From a virus, in IMG/VR virus record IMGVR_UViG_3300050166_000039, positions 1 to 64,000 of that record: DNA of 64,000 nt; one strand, given 5' to 3'. A program made the position numbers and the translations under genes. The notes beneath the pieces are model-generated. The model did no database searches and was not told the origin of the DNA. It saw only the letters and a list, made by a program, of their open reading frames with translations. Below, piece by piece: positions 38,756-49,142 of the stretch. The number at the start of each line of letters is the position of its first letter. Position 1 is the stretch's first letter.

Positions 38756-39537
38756 TCTATTCATACGGATGTTCATTCAGTACTAGACAGTTAGTTGAAG
38801 TTGAAGACTTTTGGGTTCATCTACTAGCAAAGCACTATAAGACTCCTTATGAGGCATGGGGCACAGGAGGAAATGAGTATCATGAAGCATTTCATAGACT
38901 TTTAGGTTGTATGCACGAATTCAAGAAGGATGACTTAATCGTCTTTGAATTCACAGATCACACTAGAATCGGGGTTACGGTAAACGGAAAGTACATAACG
39001 ACTGCTATTATAACCAGAGCTACGCCTGATGAAACAATGCAGCATATCAATCATCAGAGAATCTATAATGGAATAGATAAAGACGATGAGGATTACGCTA
39101 GCTTGTATGATTTCTCTAATATATGGGCAGATTCACAGATGTTCTATCATTACTGGAGAGTCTGGAATCTTTTAACCTATTTACAGGACACGGTCGGAAT
39201 TCATTTTATACTATTATTCTTAGATCAAACATGGGCTAACGTAATTCCAGAGGACCATTATAAGAATATTCCAATGTTTGAACTCAAAAAACCTTACATT
39301 GGTTATGAGAATCCAAAATCTAAAATAAGAGATCCGGAGAAAAACATATCCCTGGCTAAATTCTGTTTTGATAGAGCAGCCACTATTGGAGGCAGTGATA
39401 AATATAAAGAAGATGTAAGATGGCATCCAGAAGACGGCCACCCAGATGACATAGGAAATAGGCTGTTCACCGAACAGATCATAAATCACATTAACACAAA
39501 GTGGGACGAGACTAATCCATATCGTCAATTAAAATAG
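38752..39537 (+). CDS. SGNH hydrolase/acyltransferase-like; paralog of 36525
   Basis: MIYSYGCSFST, EAWGTGG, DGHP. Confidence 0.65.
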   Translation: MIYSYGCSFSTRQLVEVEDFWVHLLAKHYKTPYEAWGTGGNEYHEAFHRLLGCMHEFKKDDLIVFEFTDHTRIGVTVNGKYITTAIITRATPDETMQHINHQRIYNGIDKDDEDYASLYDFSNIWADSQMFYHYWRVWNLLTYLQDTVGIHFILLFLDQTWANVIPEDHYKNIPMFELKKPYIGYENPKSKIRDPEKNISLAKFCFDRAATIGGSDKYKEDVRWHPEDGHPDDIGNRLFTEQIINHINTKWDETNPYRQLK

Positions 39538-39545
39538 AATAGAAA

Positions 39546-41231
39546 ATGATTCAGTTAGGCATTTCAGCTTTTTATCATGATGCAGCGGCCTGTATTGTTA
39601 AAAACGGTAAAGTTCTAAGAGCTGTCGAAGAAGAAAGATTCACAGGAGTAAAGCACGATCAATCTTTTCCAATTAATTCAATTAATTGGATGCTAGCCGA
39701 TTTAAACTTAACGATTGAAGACATAGATCAAGTTTGTTGGTACGAGGATCCAGCCCTTAAAAAAGATAGGGTGATTTCAATCTTTAATCAATTCTTCTTT
39801 AAGTCACTATGGAACAGATTTAAGTTTTTAAAGAGACACTCGATAGAAGGAAACATTCCACAATTATTAAAGCATGAATTAGGATACAATGGAGAAATTA
39901 AGTATACTAATCATCATGAAAGTCACGCAGCCTTTTCATATTTTACATCTTCATACAATCACGCAGCGGTAGTGTCAATTGATGGCGTTGGAGAATGGGC
40001 AACCACCACTATTTATAGAGGCGATGGAGCACAGTTGACAAAGATACTACAGGTTAATTTTCCACACTCAATTGGAATGTTATATTCTACAATCACTGCC
40101 TTTTTAGGATTTCAACCAAATGAAGGAGAATATAAAGTGATGGGCTTGGCCCCATACGGAGATCCTACAAAGTATCAGCATCTCCTATTAAACCTAATTA
40201 ATTTTAGACCAAACGGTAAGTTTGAGATTGATCAAACTCATTTTACATGGGGCTATTCAGACACCATCATGTTTAAGGAGTCTTTATGTGAATATTTACA
40301 ACTTCCAGTAAGACTTAAAGGCGAAGAAATAACACAAGACCACAAGGATCTGGCAGTGGCGCTACAAAAAACTTACGAGACAGTATTCTTACATATCCTG
40401 AAAGCAGCGAAGCAGATCACCGGATACGATAACGTATGCTTAAGTGGAGGCTGTGCATATAATGGTGTTGCAAATAATAGAGCGTATGAGGTCTTTAATT
40501 CGGTATGGGTTCCCTTTGCTCCTTCGGATTCTGGCTCTTGTATTGGAGCTTGCTTAGCAAACTATCATGGCCCAAGATGCAACAATACAACACCATACCT
40601 GGGTCCTGTATTCGATGACGATGACGCCAAGTCTGCGTTAAAAGCATGGGAAGATCAGATTGAATGGACAGAACACGAAGAGGCAGAGCTGATAAGTAAA
40701 ACTGCTAAAGCAATCAATGCAGGTCATGTGATAGGCTGGTTTCAGGGCCGAATGGAGTTTGGCGCCAGGGCCTTAGGTAATAGATCTATTCTTGCATCTC
40801 CACTAGGAGAAACTACAAAGGCCAGATTGAATCAAGTGATTAAGAAGAGAGAAGGATTTAGACCCTTTGCGCCTTCATGTGTAGAGAGCGAAGCCGATAA
40901 GTTCTTTGAAATCAAGGACACAGTGCCCTACATGAATCAAGTGATGCAGGTTAGATCGAAATGGAAGATGCCGGCAATTACACACGCTGACGGCTCGGCC
41001 AGAGTGCAAACTGTCAATAAGAAGCAGAATGAAAAGTATCATGCGTTGTTAACCGAGTTAGGCAAGATCTCAGGTTATCCTATCAGCCTAAACACTTCTT
41101 TTAATTTTAAGGATCAGACTATTACAATGACACCGTTTCAGGCCATAGAGCGTTTCTTAGACTGTGACATGGACGTGTTGGTGATTAATAATTTTTACAT
41201 AGTAAAAAGATCTGAAACTTATTCACTGTAA
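39546..41231 (+). CDS. Carbamoyltransferase, NodU/CmcH family
   Basis: HDAAA, EEERF, HHESHAA, DGVGE, EYKVMGLAPYG, EFGARALGNRS, FRPFAP, LNTSFN. Confidence 0.93.
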   Translation: MIQLGISAFYHDAAACIVKNGKVLRAVEEERFTGVKHDQSFPINSINWMLADLNLTIEDIDQVCWYEDPALKKDRVISIFNQFFFKSLWNRFKFLKRHSIEGNIPQLLKHELGYNGEIKYTNHHESHAAFSYFTSSYNHAAVVSIDGVGEWATTTIYRGDGAQLTKILQVNFPHSIGMLYSTITAFLGFQPNEGEYKVMGLAPYGDPTKYQHLLLNLINFRPNGKFEIDQTHFTWGYSDTIMFKESLCEYLQLPVRLKGEEITQDHKDLAVALQKTYETVFLHILKAAKQITGYDNVCLSGGCAYNGVANNRAYEVFNSVWVPFAPSDSGSCIGACLANYHGPRCNNTTPYLGPVFDDDDAKSALKAWEDQIEWTEHEEAELISKTAKAINAGHVIGWFQGRMEFGARALGNRSILASPLGETTKARLNQVIKKREGFRPFAPSCVESEADKFFEIKDTVPYMNQVMQVRSKWKMPAITHADGSARVQTVNKKQNEKYHALLTELGKISGYPISLNTSFNFKDQTITMTPFQAIERFLDCDMDVLVINNFYIVKRSETYSL

Positions 41232-41245
41232 AACGTATAAACTAC

Positions 41246-41680
41246 ATGAAGCACGCAATTACATCAATGTATGCTAATCCCATACATCCCGGACACATAG
41301 AGTGTCTAAAATTATCAAAGGAACTGGCAGATCATCTTTGGGTCATAGTCAATAATGACCATCAGGCACGGTTAAAGAGAGGAGTTGAGTCTTTTCAGGA
41401 TGAGGATTTCAGAGTCACAGTAGTCAAGTCTATTAGATATGTAGACAATGCAATTATCTCAATTGATCAGGACGCAACAGTTTGCACTTCTATTGAGCAG
41501 GTTCATAATTACATTAAGATTATGGATCCTGAGGCAGAGATCATCTTTACTAAAGGTGGTGACCGATTCGCTGATGAAATTCCAGAGAAGAAGGTATGTG
41601 ATAAATTAGGAATTAAGATTGTGGATGGACTGGGCCTTAAAACACATCACTCGAGTCAAATAGTTAAAATTCAATCATAA
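41246..41680 (+). CDS. Cytidylyltransferase-like (HxGH) nucleotidyltransferase
   Basis: NPIHPGH, VIVNND, KGGDR, HSS. Confidence 0.85.
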   Translation: MKHAITSMYANPIHPGHIECLKLSKELADHLWVIVNNDHQARLKRGVESFQDEDFRVTVVKSIRYVDNAIISIDQDATVCTSIEQVHNYIKIMDPEAEIIFTKGGDRFADEIPEKKVCDKLGIKIVDGLGLKTHHSSQIVKIQS

Positions 41681-41880
41681 TGAAAAAGTTATTAGCACTT
41701 GCGTTAACACTACTCGCCTTAGAAGGTTGTGTAGTTAGACCAATGAGAATGTATCCAGTAGGAGGCATCTATATTGGCCGTAGCTCTTATAGAAGAGTGC
41801 CAAACTATCATAGATCAAGAACCTATTGGAGCCCGGTTCCAGTAAAGCCAGTTAAACCCCTTAAACCCAGAAACAGATGA
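41680..41880 (+). CDS. Putative lipoprotein
   Basis: LALEGC lipobox. Confidence 0.55.
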   Translation: MKKLLALALTLLALEGCVVRPMRMYPVGGIYIGRSSYRRVPNYHRSRTYWSPVPVKPVKPLKPRNR

Positions 41881-42332
41881 GAAAATGGTTAGCCAAAAAA
41901 TTATTAGGTAAAGACTATACGGTTGTTGAAACCAATGTAGCACCCAGAAAAATAGTTAAGCCTATTCATATAATGATCGACGAGATCTTACAGGAGTTTG
42001 ATTTCAATAAGGTTCATTATGTAATGCAAGAATTAAACTGGACCTGGGTAAAACAACCTGTAAACGGATTTAAGTCATTTGAAGACATTGAACATGCAGA
42101 GATGGGAGTTCCAAGTCTTGATAGAATTAAGATGGCAGCTGTTGAGAGAATCTGGTCAGCGATTGACGAGGCACAAAACCCTATAAACTCTGAAAACAGC
42201 GAGGATTGTCCATACACATGTTCTTCGGGTGGATTTCAAGCAACTGTTTATAAGGATAAAGAGGGTCTTATCTCACTTATCGCACTAGAGTTCGTATTGA
42301 CAGAATGGGACTCAACTTACGAAGAAGATTAA
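41877..42332 (+). CDS. Hypothetical phage protein
   Basis: FDFNKVHYVM..LNWTW..SGGF. Confidence 0.65.
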   Translation: MRKWLAKKLLGKDYTVVETNVAPRKIVKPIHIMIDEILQEFDFNKVHYVMQELNWTWVKQPVNGFKSFEDIEHAEMGVPSLDRIKMAAVERIWSAIDEAQNPINSENSEDCPYTCSSGGFQATVYKDKEGLISLIALEFVLTEWDSTYEED

Positions 42333-42350
42333 TAATAATATTTATATAAA

Positions 42351-42605
42351 ATGGAAAACACGACTTCACCACAAATTGCCTGCATGAAGCTGAAAGATTT
42401 AAAAGTCTGGATGAATATGCTACCGAATGAATTTTTAGAATATGATTTAGTAGTAGCTGCAAATGGAATACAGCCTAGCGGAGTATTCATATATGAAAAA
42501 GAATATACTGTTAGAGGATTTGATGTCGACGATGTCGGCAAACAAGTTTTATTTTTGCATGCAGCGGACGACAGTAAGGTTAAAAGAAACAAAATTATAA
42601 TCTAG
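42351..42605 (+). CDS. Hypothetical protein
   Basis: ORF in operon. Confidence 0.55.
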   Translation: MENTTSPQIACMKLKDLKVWMNMLPNEFLEYDLVVAANGIQPSGVFIYEKEYTVRGFDVDDVGKQVLFLHAADDSKVKRNKIII

Positions 42606-43757
42606 ATGGAAAATAATAGAAGACCAACTCTTGCATTTGCAACTATGTGCAAAAACGAAGAGCATATCATAGGTGCGGTGTTAGATGCGGTATCTCCATA
42701 CATAGATTACTTGGTGGTGGCGGATAATGGTTCTACTGATAGAACTCTTGAAATCGTGCAAGAGTTTATGGATAGAACTGGAATCCCAGGAGAAATTTAC
42801 AGAGACGAATGGCATGGTTTTGATAAGAATAAAACCATGATGATGGAATATGTATACGATAAAACAGATTACGTATTACACCTAGATGCAGATGACGTAC
42901 TAGCAGGAGACTTTAGCTTCGCTAATCAGGATACAGGATATGACACGTACTTGATGACAATGAAACGTGGTAGTTTTAATTGGAAAGCAACTGTCATTTA
43001 TAACAATAGACTGAGATGGAAATTCTGTGGAGTAGCTCACACTATCATTAAGTGCCTGGATAAACCATTCGGTTATAGCATGGGAGATCTTTCTAGTAGA
43101 GGTTGGGTTATAGCAGATGGTGTTGGTTCAAGAGCGTTTGATCCAAAAAAATATCTGTATGATGCCGAAAGATTACAAAAGCAGTTCTTCGATACTCTTT
43201 ACAATGATCCAGATGGACTAAACACTCGTTCTGTATTCTATACTGCTCAAAGTTTTATGGATTACGGGATGATACAGGAGGCTCTACAGTGGCACTGTCT
43301 TTATTTAAAGCTAAAGAATACTTGGATTGAAGAAGAATTTGAGGCTAGAATGAGAATCTCCAAATGTTTAATGTCTCTTGGCCATGGAAAGGATGAAGTG
43401 ATTCGACAGATGGATGAAGCAATTAAAATATTCTCAGATAGAGCCGAACCATATTATGCATTAGGTTATTATCTAAATCAAGTTGGAGATCATGAATTAG
43501 CGTATCAATACTTATCTAAAGGAATTAAGTGTTCTCTAGAAAATGCTAAATCAAAGTACGTTCTATTCATTGAAGATTATTGTTACGGTATAGGAATGAA
43601 TGATCAGCTTTCAATCGCTTGTATAGGAACTGGTAGAGTTGAACAAGGCATTGCGTTAATCAATGAAATCATAGATGATCCTGTATTTATTGATGATAAG
43701 CCTAGATTAACTGAAAATCTTAAAAGACTAAAAGAACTACAAGCAGTAAATGCATAA
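42606..43757 (+). CDS. GT2 glycosyltransferase with TPR repeats
   Basis: MCKNEE, DNGSTDRT, LDADD, RAEPYY. Confidence 0.88.
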   Translation: MENNRRPTLAFATMCKNEEHIIGAVLDAVSPYIDYLVVADNGSTDRTLEIVQEFMDRTGIPGEIYRDEWHGFDKNKTMMMEYVYDKTDYVLHLDADDVLAGDFSFANQDTGYDTYLMTMKRGSFNWKATVIYNNRLRWKFCGVAHTIIKCLDKPFGYSMGDLSSRGWVIADGVGSRAFDPKKYLYDAERLQKQFFDTLYNDPDGLNTRSVFYTAQSFMDYGMIQEALQWHCLYLKLKNTWIEEEFEARMRISKCLMSLGHGKDEVIRQMDEAIKIFSDRAEPYYALGYYLNQVGDHELAYQYLSKGIKCSLENAKSKYVLFIEDYCYGIGMNDQLSIACIGTGRVEQGIALINEIIDDPVFIDDKPRLTENLKRLKELQAVNA

Positions 43758-44994
43758 TGTAAATACGTTGATTATCGGCGGCGGCATAACGGGTTTATCC
43801 GCCGCTGCTTTTTTGAAAGGAGACTATCTAATCTTGGAAGCCTCTTCTGAATTAGGAGGATATTGTAAGACTACTATGTCAGGTGATTTCGTGTGGGATC
43901 ACTCAGGCCACTTTTTTCATTTTAAAGACCATTCTATCAAAGAATGGATGATGGAAAATATAGAAACTGAAATAGTGGAAGTTGAAAAGATAACAGACAT
44001 TAAATATAAAGATTCTATTATAGATTTTCCATTTCAATATAACGTATATCAATTGCCCGAAGAAGAATTCTTAGATTGTGTTAAAGACGCGTATTTAGCC
44101 TCTGCACAAGAAACCAACTACTCGTCATTTAAGGCGATGATTCAAACAACAGTTGGAAAAGCAATCTGCAACAAATTTTTAATACCGTATAATGAAAAAT
44201 TATATGCATGCGATCTAAATGAATTGGATGCGAATGCGATGGGAAGATTCTTTCCTACCAATATTAATCCTAGTGAACTATTAGAAAGAAATCATGACAC
44301 TGCACGAACTTCTTCTTACAATAACACTTTTATTTATCCTGTAAATGGAAGTCAAGAATTCGTCAATTCAGTTATAAAGAGATTAGATCCTACTAAAATT
44401 AAAACCAATGCTAAAGTTATTTCTATTGACGTGGTCAAGAAAACAGTTCAAACCACAATTGGAGAATTTAGCTTTAAGAATTTAATCAGCACTTTGCCAT
44501 ATCCGATTCTTCAAGATATGATGGGATTAGATTCATCTAATTTAAGTTTCAATAAGGTTGCAGTCTTTAACCTGGGCTTTGATAAAGGAACAGATATTAA
44601 AACACACTGGAGATATTTTCCAGGCAGTGAAATATTTTATAGAGTTGGATTCTATAACAATATCCTGGGAACCGATAAGATGAGTCTTTATGTTGAAATA
44701 GGTGCTAAATCAAATCAGGTTCTATCATCAAAGGATGAGCTATTAGAGATTGTGATTAAGGATCTAAAATCATCAGGCATAATTACTGATCAAACCCTAG
44801 TAGATCATCAATATCTAGAGATGAGCCCGGCTTATGTTCATATTACAGAACAGAGTACTAAATCGTATTCAGACTGGTGCGAAACTCATAATCAAATGGG
44901 AATCTATTCCATAGGCAGATATGGAGCTTGGACGTATTGTTCAATTGAAGACAACATCATAGAGGCTAAGAATACTGCTGAAAAAATAGTGTAA
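43750..44994 (+). CDS. FAD-dependent oxidoreductase (sugar mutase/HemY-like)
   Basis: IGGGITGL, GGYCKT, GHFFHF, GRYGAW. Confidence 0.8.
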   Translation: MHNVNTLIIGGGITGLSAAAFLKGDYLILEASSELGGYCKTTMSGDFVWDHSGHFFHFKDHSIKEWMMENIETEIVEVEKITDIKYKDSIIDFPFQYNVYQLPEEEFLDCVKDAYLASAQETNYSSFKAMIQTTVGKAICNKFLIPYNEKLYACDLNELDANAMGRFFPTNINPSELLERNHDTARTSSYNNTFIYPVNGSQEFVNSVIKRLDPTKIKTNAKVISIDVVKKTVQTTIGEFSFKNLISTLPYPILQDMMGLDSSNLSFNKVAVFNLGFDKGTDIKTHWRYFPGSEIFYRVGFYNNILGTDKMSLYVEIGAKSNQVLSSKDELLEIVIKDLKSSGIITDQTLVDHQYLEMSPAYVHITEQSTKSYSDWCETHNQMGIYSIGRYGAWTYCSIEDNIIEAKNTAEKIV

Positions 44995-45036
44995 AACATT
45001 TTTATTTGTCAGAAATTTTAGTTAAATTTACTCTAT
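44981..45036 (+). promoter_or_regulatory. Class I promoter module (divergent copy)
   Basis: TTTTATTTGTCAGAAATTTTAGTTAAATTTACTCTAT. Confidence 0.6.
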
Positions 45037-45053
45037 AACCAAACAAAATAAGT

Positions 45054-45431
45054 ATGAAAGTAAATTTAGATTTAATTACAGGACTTTTTAAGCGCGCTGA
45101 AAAAGAAATGGACGCCGAACAAACTCTAATCTACGGTATTGTGGAGAAGATGTGTAGCAATCAGGATTCAATTTTAGTTGCGGCTCCAGGTCAAGACACA
45201 GGACAGTTCTATATTAAGAACGATAATAACGGTTACTTCATCGTCTTATCTGGAAACTGTGTTAAGATCACAAATAAGGAGTTGTATCTTGTGCGTTATT
45301 TCGAGATGAACATGATTAAACCTTTAATCGAGTTAGTAAATCAGCGAATCAGTGAGGACTGCAACAAGATTCAAAACAACGTCTTTGTAAGCGAGTTAGA
45401 TGTCTTACAGAATATTTCAGATTCATTATAG
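45054..45431 (+). CDS. Hypothetical protein
   Basis: ORF after promoter. Confidence 0.62.
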   Translation: MKVNLDLITGLFKRAEKEMDAEQTLIYGIVEKMCSNQDSILVAAPGQDTGQFYIKNDNNGYFIVLSGNCVKITNKELYLVRYFEMNMIKPLIELVNQRISEDCNKIQNNVFVSELDVLQNISDSL

Positions 45432-45502
45432 CACTGAAACAAAACACATATATAAAGTATAACAAAAGGAGTTGAGAGACTCTTTTTTAACTTTATCTCT
45501 AT

Positions 45503-46375
45503 ATGAACAAAAACATCGGTATTATTGGGCAGGGTTTTGTAGGTAACGCTGTTAATCAAGGATTAAAGTCTCACTTTAATATTTTAACCTACGACAAATA
45601 TCAAGCAGATAAGTCTAATTCAACACTCTTAGAAATTGTGAAAGAGTGTCACGTTATTTTTGTTTGTGTTCCAACGCCAATGAACTCTGAAACAGGAGAG
45701 GCTTATACTGGTATAGTTGAATCAGTGATTAAAGATTTAGACTATTTTGCTACTTCGATGAATAAACCCACGATTGCAGTCATCAAATCTACCATTCCAC
45801 CCGGAACAACTCTACGCCTAGATAATTCAACTACCACATTAAGAGTAGCTTTCAACCCAGAGTTCTTGACAGAGGCCAATGCAGTTAACGATTTCTTAAC
45901 ACAGGATAGAATCATCGTTGGTGCCAATCATGCATCCACAAGTGAATATGTTGCGGAATTATATCAGTATGCATTTCCTAATGCTAATATCATCGAACAA
46001 GATTCAACCTCAGCCGAGATGGTAAAATATGTCAGCAATTGTTTTCTAGCTGTTAAAGTTAGCTTTGCAAATGAAATGTATGACCTATGTAAAGCTGAAG
46101 GAGCTAACTGGCAAGAAGTAGTTGAAGCAGTTAAGTTGGACAAGAGAATGGGTACCTCACACTGGCAGGTTCCAGGACCAGATGGTGATAGAGGATTTGG
46201 AGGACATTGTTTCCCTAAAGACATGCAGGCTATTAAATACGTAGCACAGATTAATGGCTTACAAGTTAGCACTATCGATGGAGCAATCGAAACTAACGAG
46301 AGAGTTAGACAAGATAGAGATTGGGAGCAGCAAGAAGGCAGAGCAGTGATAAACTTACAGAAAGAATCAATATAA
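45503..46375 (+). CDS. UDP-glucose/GDP-mannose dehydrogenase family
   Basis: GQGFVG, CVPTP, KSTIPPGT, NPEFL, AEMVKY, GFGGHCFPKD. Confidence 0.9.
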   Translation: MNKNIGIIGQGFVGNAVNQGLKSHFNILTYDKYQADKSNSTLLEIVKECHVIFVCVPTPMNSETGEAYTGIVESVIKDLDYFATSMNKPTIAVIKSTIPPGTTLRLDNSTTTLRVAFNPEFLTEANAVNDFLTQDRIIVGANHASTSEYVAELYQYAFPNANIIEQDSTSAEMVKYVSNCFLAVKVSFANEMYDLCKAEGANWQEVVEAVKLDKRMGTSHWQVPGPDGDRGFGGHCFPKDMQAIKYVAQINGLQVSTIDGAIETNERVRQDRDWEQQEGRAVINLQKESI

Positions 46376-47232
46376 TGAAAAAGGTATTAGTAACCGGAGG
46401 AGCAGGATTCGTAGGCTCTAACTTAATTAAACGTCTAAAACAGTTAGACGATAACATCGAAATCACCAGCTTAGATAACTACTTTACTGGAAAGCAGGAG
46501 AATCACATTGAAGGAGTCAAGTATGTAGTCGGTGCAACATGGGATATAGATGAGCTGTTAGGAGAAGAAACTTTCGACACTGTCTTTCACTTTGGTGAGT
46601 ATTCGAGAATCGTAAAGTCTTTTGATGACATTAAGTATGTTGAAAAGACCATTCTATACGGTACACCAAAGGTGTTAGAGATGTGTAGAAAGTGGCAGGC
46701 TAAATTAATCTATTCTGCTTCTTCTTCGAAGTTTGGGAACGGTGGCAAGGACGAGAACCTATCCCCTTACTCTTGGATGAAGTCAAAGATGATTGAATTA
46801 ATCAAGAACTATTCAGAATGGTATGACTTGAAATACGAGATCTGTTACTTCTTTAATGTGTATGGCCCTGGTCAAATTATGGCAGGAGATTACGCAACAG
46901 TGATAGGTATATTCGAGAGACAGAAAAATGCAGGAGAAGACTTAACGGTTGTTACACCTGGAACACAAAGCAGAGATTTTACGCACGTATCAGATGTAGT
47001 GAATGGTGTTGTTAAAGCAGCGACAAAGGGTTTGCAAGGGGAATGGCACCTAAGAAGCGGTATAAATGTAACTATCATTGATGTGGCTGAGATGTTTGGC
47101 GCCGAATGGAAATTGATTCCAGAGAGAAGAGGCGAGAGATTTACAAGCGAAGAATTTCCATCAGATACACAAGAGAAGTTAGAATGGAAACCTGAAATGA
47201 ATTTAATAGATTGGATAAACTCAAGAAAATGA
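46375..47232 (+). CDS. NAD-dependent sugar epimerase/dehydratase
   Basis: TGGAGFVG, YSWMK, NVYGP, RDFTHVSD; start ATG 46375. Confidence 0.9.
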   Translation: MKKVLVTGGAGFVGSNLIKRLKQLDDNIEITSLDNYFTGKQENHIEGVKYVVGATWDIDELLGEETFDTVFHFGEYSRIVKSFDDIKYVEKTILYGTPKVLEMCRKWQAKLIYSASSSKFGNGGKDENLSPYSWMKSKMIELIKNYSEWYDLKYEICYFFNVYGPGQIMAGDYATVIGIFERQKNAGEDLTVVTPGTQSRDFTHVSDVVNGVVKAATKGLQGEWHLRSGINVTIIDVAEMFGAEWKLIPERRGERFTSEEFPSDTQEKLEWKPEMNLIDWINSRK

Positions 47233-47708
47233 AAATAGTAATTGTAGGAAAAGCAGCATCAGGCAAGGATTACTTACGCAAGAGAATGATGCAACAAGGA
47301 GCGAAGTATGGTGTAAGTTATACCACAAGGCCTCCTAGAGTTAAAGACGGGGAAGTCCATGGCGTAGACTACTTATTTACAACTGAAGAGGACTTCTTAG
47401 CGATGGTTGAACGTGACGAAATGATAGAGTATCAGCAATTCAATGGCTGGTACTATGGTATGACAAAAGAAGTGTTTGATCAGTGTGAAGTAATGATTTT
47501 AAACGTCGAAGGCCTAGCAATGTTATCTGATGAAATTAGAAAACAATGCTTCGTTATTTATGTTGACATTGACCAAGAGACCAGAATTGAAAGATTAGGA
47601 GCTAGAAAGGATGTAGATGACTTAAAATGGAGAAGGCTTCAGGCTGATGAAGAACAGTTTAAAAATTTTACAGATTATGATATTAGAATAACAAATCCTG
47701 ACTTTTAG
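47229..47708 (+). CDS. gmk: Guanylate kinase-like
   Basis: GKAASGKD, SYTTRPPR..EVHGVDY, WYYG. Confidence 0.85.
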   Translation: MKIVIVGKAASGKDYLRKRMMQQGAKYGVSYTTRPPRVKDGEVHGVDYLFTTEEDFLAMVERDEMIEYQQFNGWYYGMTKEVFDQCEVMILNVEGLAMLSDEIRKQCFVIYVDIDQETRIERLGARKDVDDLKWRRLQADEEQFKNFTDYDIRITNPDF

Positions 47709-47764
47709 AGCCCGTTTTCATTACATATACAGATATATAAGTAAATAAAAAAAATATATTTAAT

Positions 47765-48277
47765 ATGGCATCAGGATTAAGTGTAAGCGGTACAGTGTAC
47801 TCTGTAGGCGCAACAAGTATATCAACTAATGTGTTAACAGACTCTAATGGTAGAGGCATGTACACTAATGCAACACAATACAGATACCCTAGAGTTGGAT
47901 CTAACATCAGTATGGGTTCACACTACAGAAGTAAAACATTTTATAGATTAACTACAGTTGGAATGGGAAGTACTAGATTAACAGGTACTGCACAGATCAC
48001 GGTTAACTGGGGTGTTATCTCGTGGACTACGGGAGCTACTGTAATTACACAAACAAACGTTTTAAGAACATGGACTCCAGTTGCAGCCGATGGTTTTCAA
48101 GTGTTCATGGATACTGCAACTTCAGGAACAGCAACAGTTAACGTAGATACTCAGCTTTATGCAGGTACATGGTCAGGCTGGATGACAGGTATGAACTCCG
48201 GTCTTGTTTCAGGAGCTACCAACTACTCATGGGCTGGTTACACTGGAAATAACCAACTTTACGCAATCTGGACTTAG
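47765..48277 (+). CDS. Thr/Gly/Ser-rich protein, possibly virion structural
   Basis: Beta-rich, low-charge composition; upstream GATATATA motif. Confidence 0.55.
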   Translation: MASGLSVSGTVYSVGATSISTNVLTDSNGRGMYTNATQYRYPRVGSNISMGSHYRSKTFYRLTTVGMGSTRLTGTAQITVNWGVISWTTGATVITQTNVLRTWTPVAADGFQVFMDTATSGTATVNVDTQLYAGTWSGWMTGMNSGLVSGATNYSWAGYTGNNQLYAIWT

Positions 48278-48299
48278 TATTTTTTAACTAAAATTTTAT

Positions 48300-48902
48300 A
48301 TGGGATTTATTATTAAAAAGAGTTATTCTAGAGATAACAAAGAGATTACGGAGTTCTACGCAAGAATTCAACAATATACAGTTGAAAGATTTCCTGGAAC
48401 TGCGTACGCAATGGTACAATACTTTATAGATAAAGAAGCAGCTGAAGGCTACACGATGAAATATGCTAGAAATACGTTTCAGCATGAGATGGAACCCTTA
48501 AAGCATGAGAACTTTCCAATCGATATCAGTGAAGACTGTATTATTGGAGGAGAACCCTTTAAGATGCCTGATCCTATTCACGATGATTTTAGAATCTCTT
48601 GCTTTGGATTTTGGTTTCCTTTAGGAGAACCCGCTAAAGTAACCGAAGAACAATATGAAATGCAGGATTCTACAGTAGAGATGCCGTACGTTGATTTTGA
48701 CGAGGATGGAAATCCAGTACAAGCAACAAAGACGATACCTTGCAAGAACAGAGTCTTAGTTAAATCTGAAATAGTTGATCGTCACATTACTAATCACATG
48801 CTACCTGAATTTATGGAGAATCCATACGCATTCTTGTACAAGAGATTAAAACCTGAACTTGAAAAAATCTTCGGTGAAGGTAGTGTAGTTGACGATTTAT
48901 AA
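48300..48902 (+). CDS. Hypothetical protein
   Basis: 200-aa ORF. Confidence 0.65.
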   Translation: MGFIIKKSYSRDNKEITEFYARIQQYTVERFPGTAYAMVQYFIDKEAAEGYTMKYARNTFQHEMEPLKHENFPIDISEDCIIGGEPFKMPDPIHDDFRISCFGFWFPLGEPAKVTEEQYEMQDSTVEMPYVDFDEDGNPVQATKTIPCKNRVLVKSEIVDRHITNHMLPEFMENPYAFLYKRLKPELEKIFGEGSVVDDL

Positions 48903-48920
48903 AAAAGTTAAAATATTTTT

Positions 48921-48947
48921 GAAACAAACAGATATATAAGAGTATAA
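48921..48947 (+). promoter_or_regulatory. Class II promoter for leader peptide and tRNA array
   Basis: GAAAC-N17-TATAA. Confidence 0.75.
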
Positions 48948-48967
48948 CAGTTAAATAAAAACTAACA

Positions 48968-49060
48968 ATGCAACAAATTTGCCTACATATTACGAAAAAC
49001 AATTATTGGTTTAGCAATGAACCGATGACGGTCGATCGTATGCCCGGGCTCCAGAGTTGA
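48968..49060 (+). CDS. Leader peptide MQQICLHITKNNYWFSNEPMTVDRMPGLQS (not in ORF track)
   Basis: ATG 48968 to TGA 49060, A-rich upstream; 19 distinct amino acids; 3' end overlaps the antiterminator arm. Confidence 0.75.
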   Translation: MQQICLHITKNNYWFSNEPMTVDRMPGLQS

Positions 49061-49107
49061 TAAGTTTTTTTGTGATTGATTTCACACCGAACATAACTAA
49101 GAGCCCG
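49045..49107 (+). promoter_or_regulatory. Antiterminator hairpin
   Basis: CGGGCTC-cag-AGTTgAT pairs with AT-AACT-aa-GAGCCCG, enclosing a TGTGA/TCACA hairpin. Confidence 0.72.
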
Positions 49108-49128
49108 ATTTTTAATCGGGCTTTTTTT
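49099..49128 (+). terminator. Intrinsic terminator (attenuator)
   Basis: AAGAGCCCGATT-TTT-AATCGGGC followed by T7. Confidence 0.88.
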
Positions 49129-49142
49129 GTTTCAAAAGTTTA

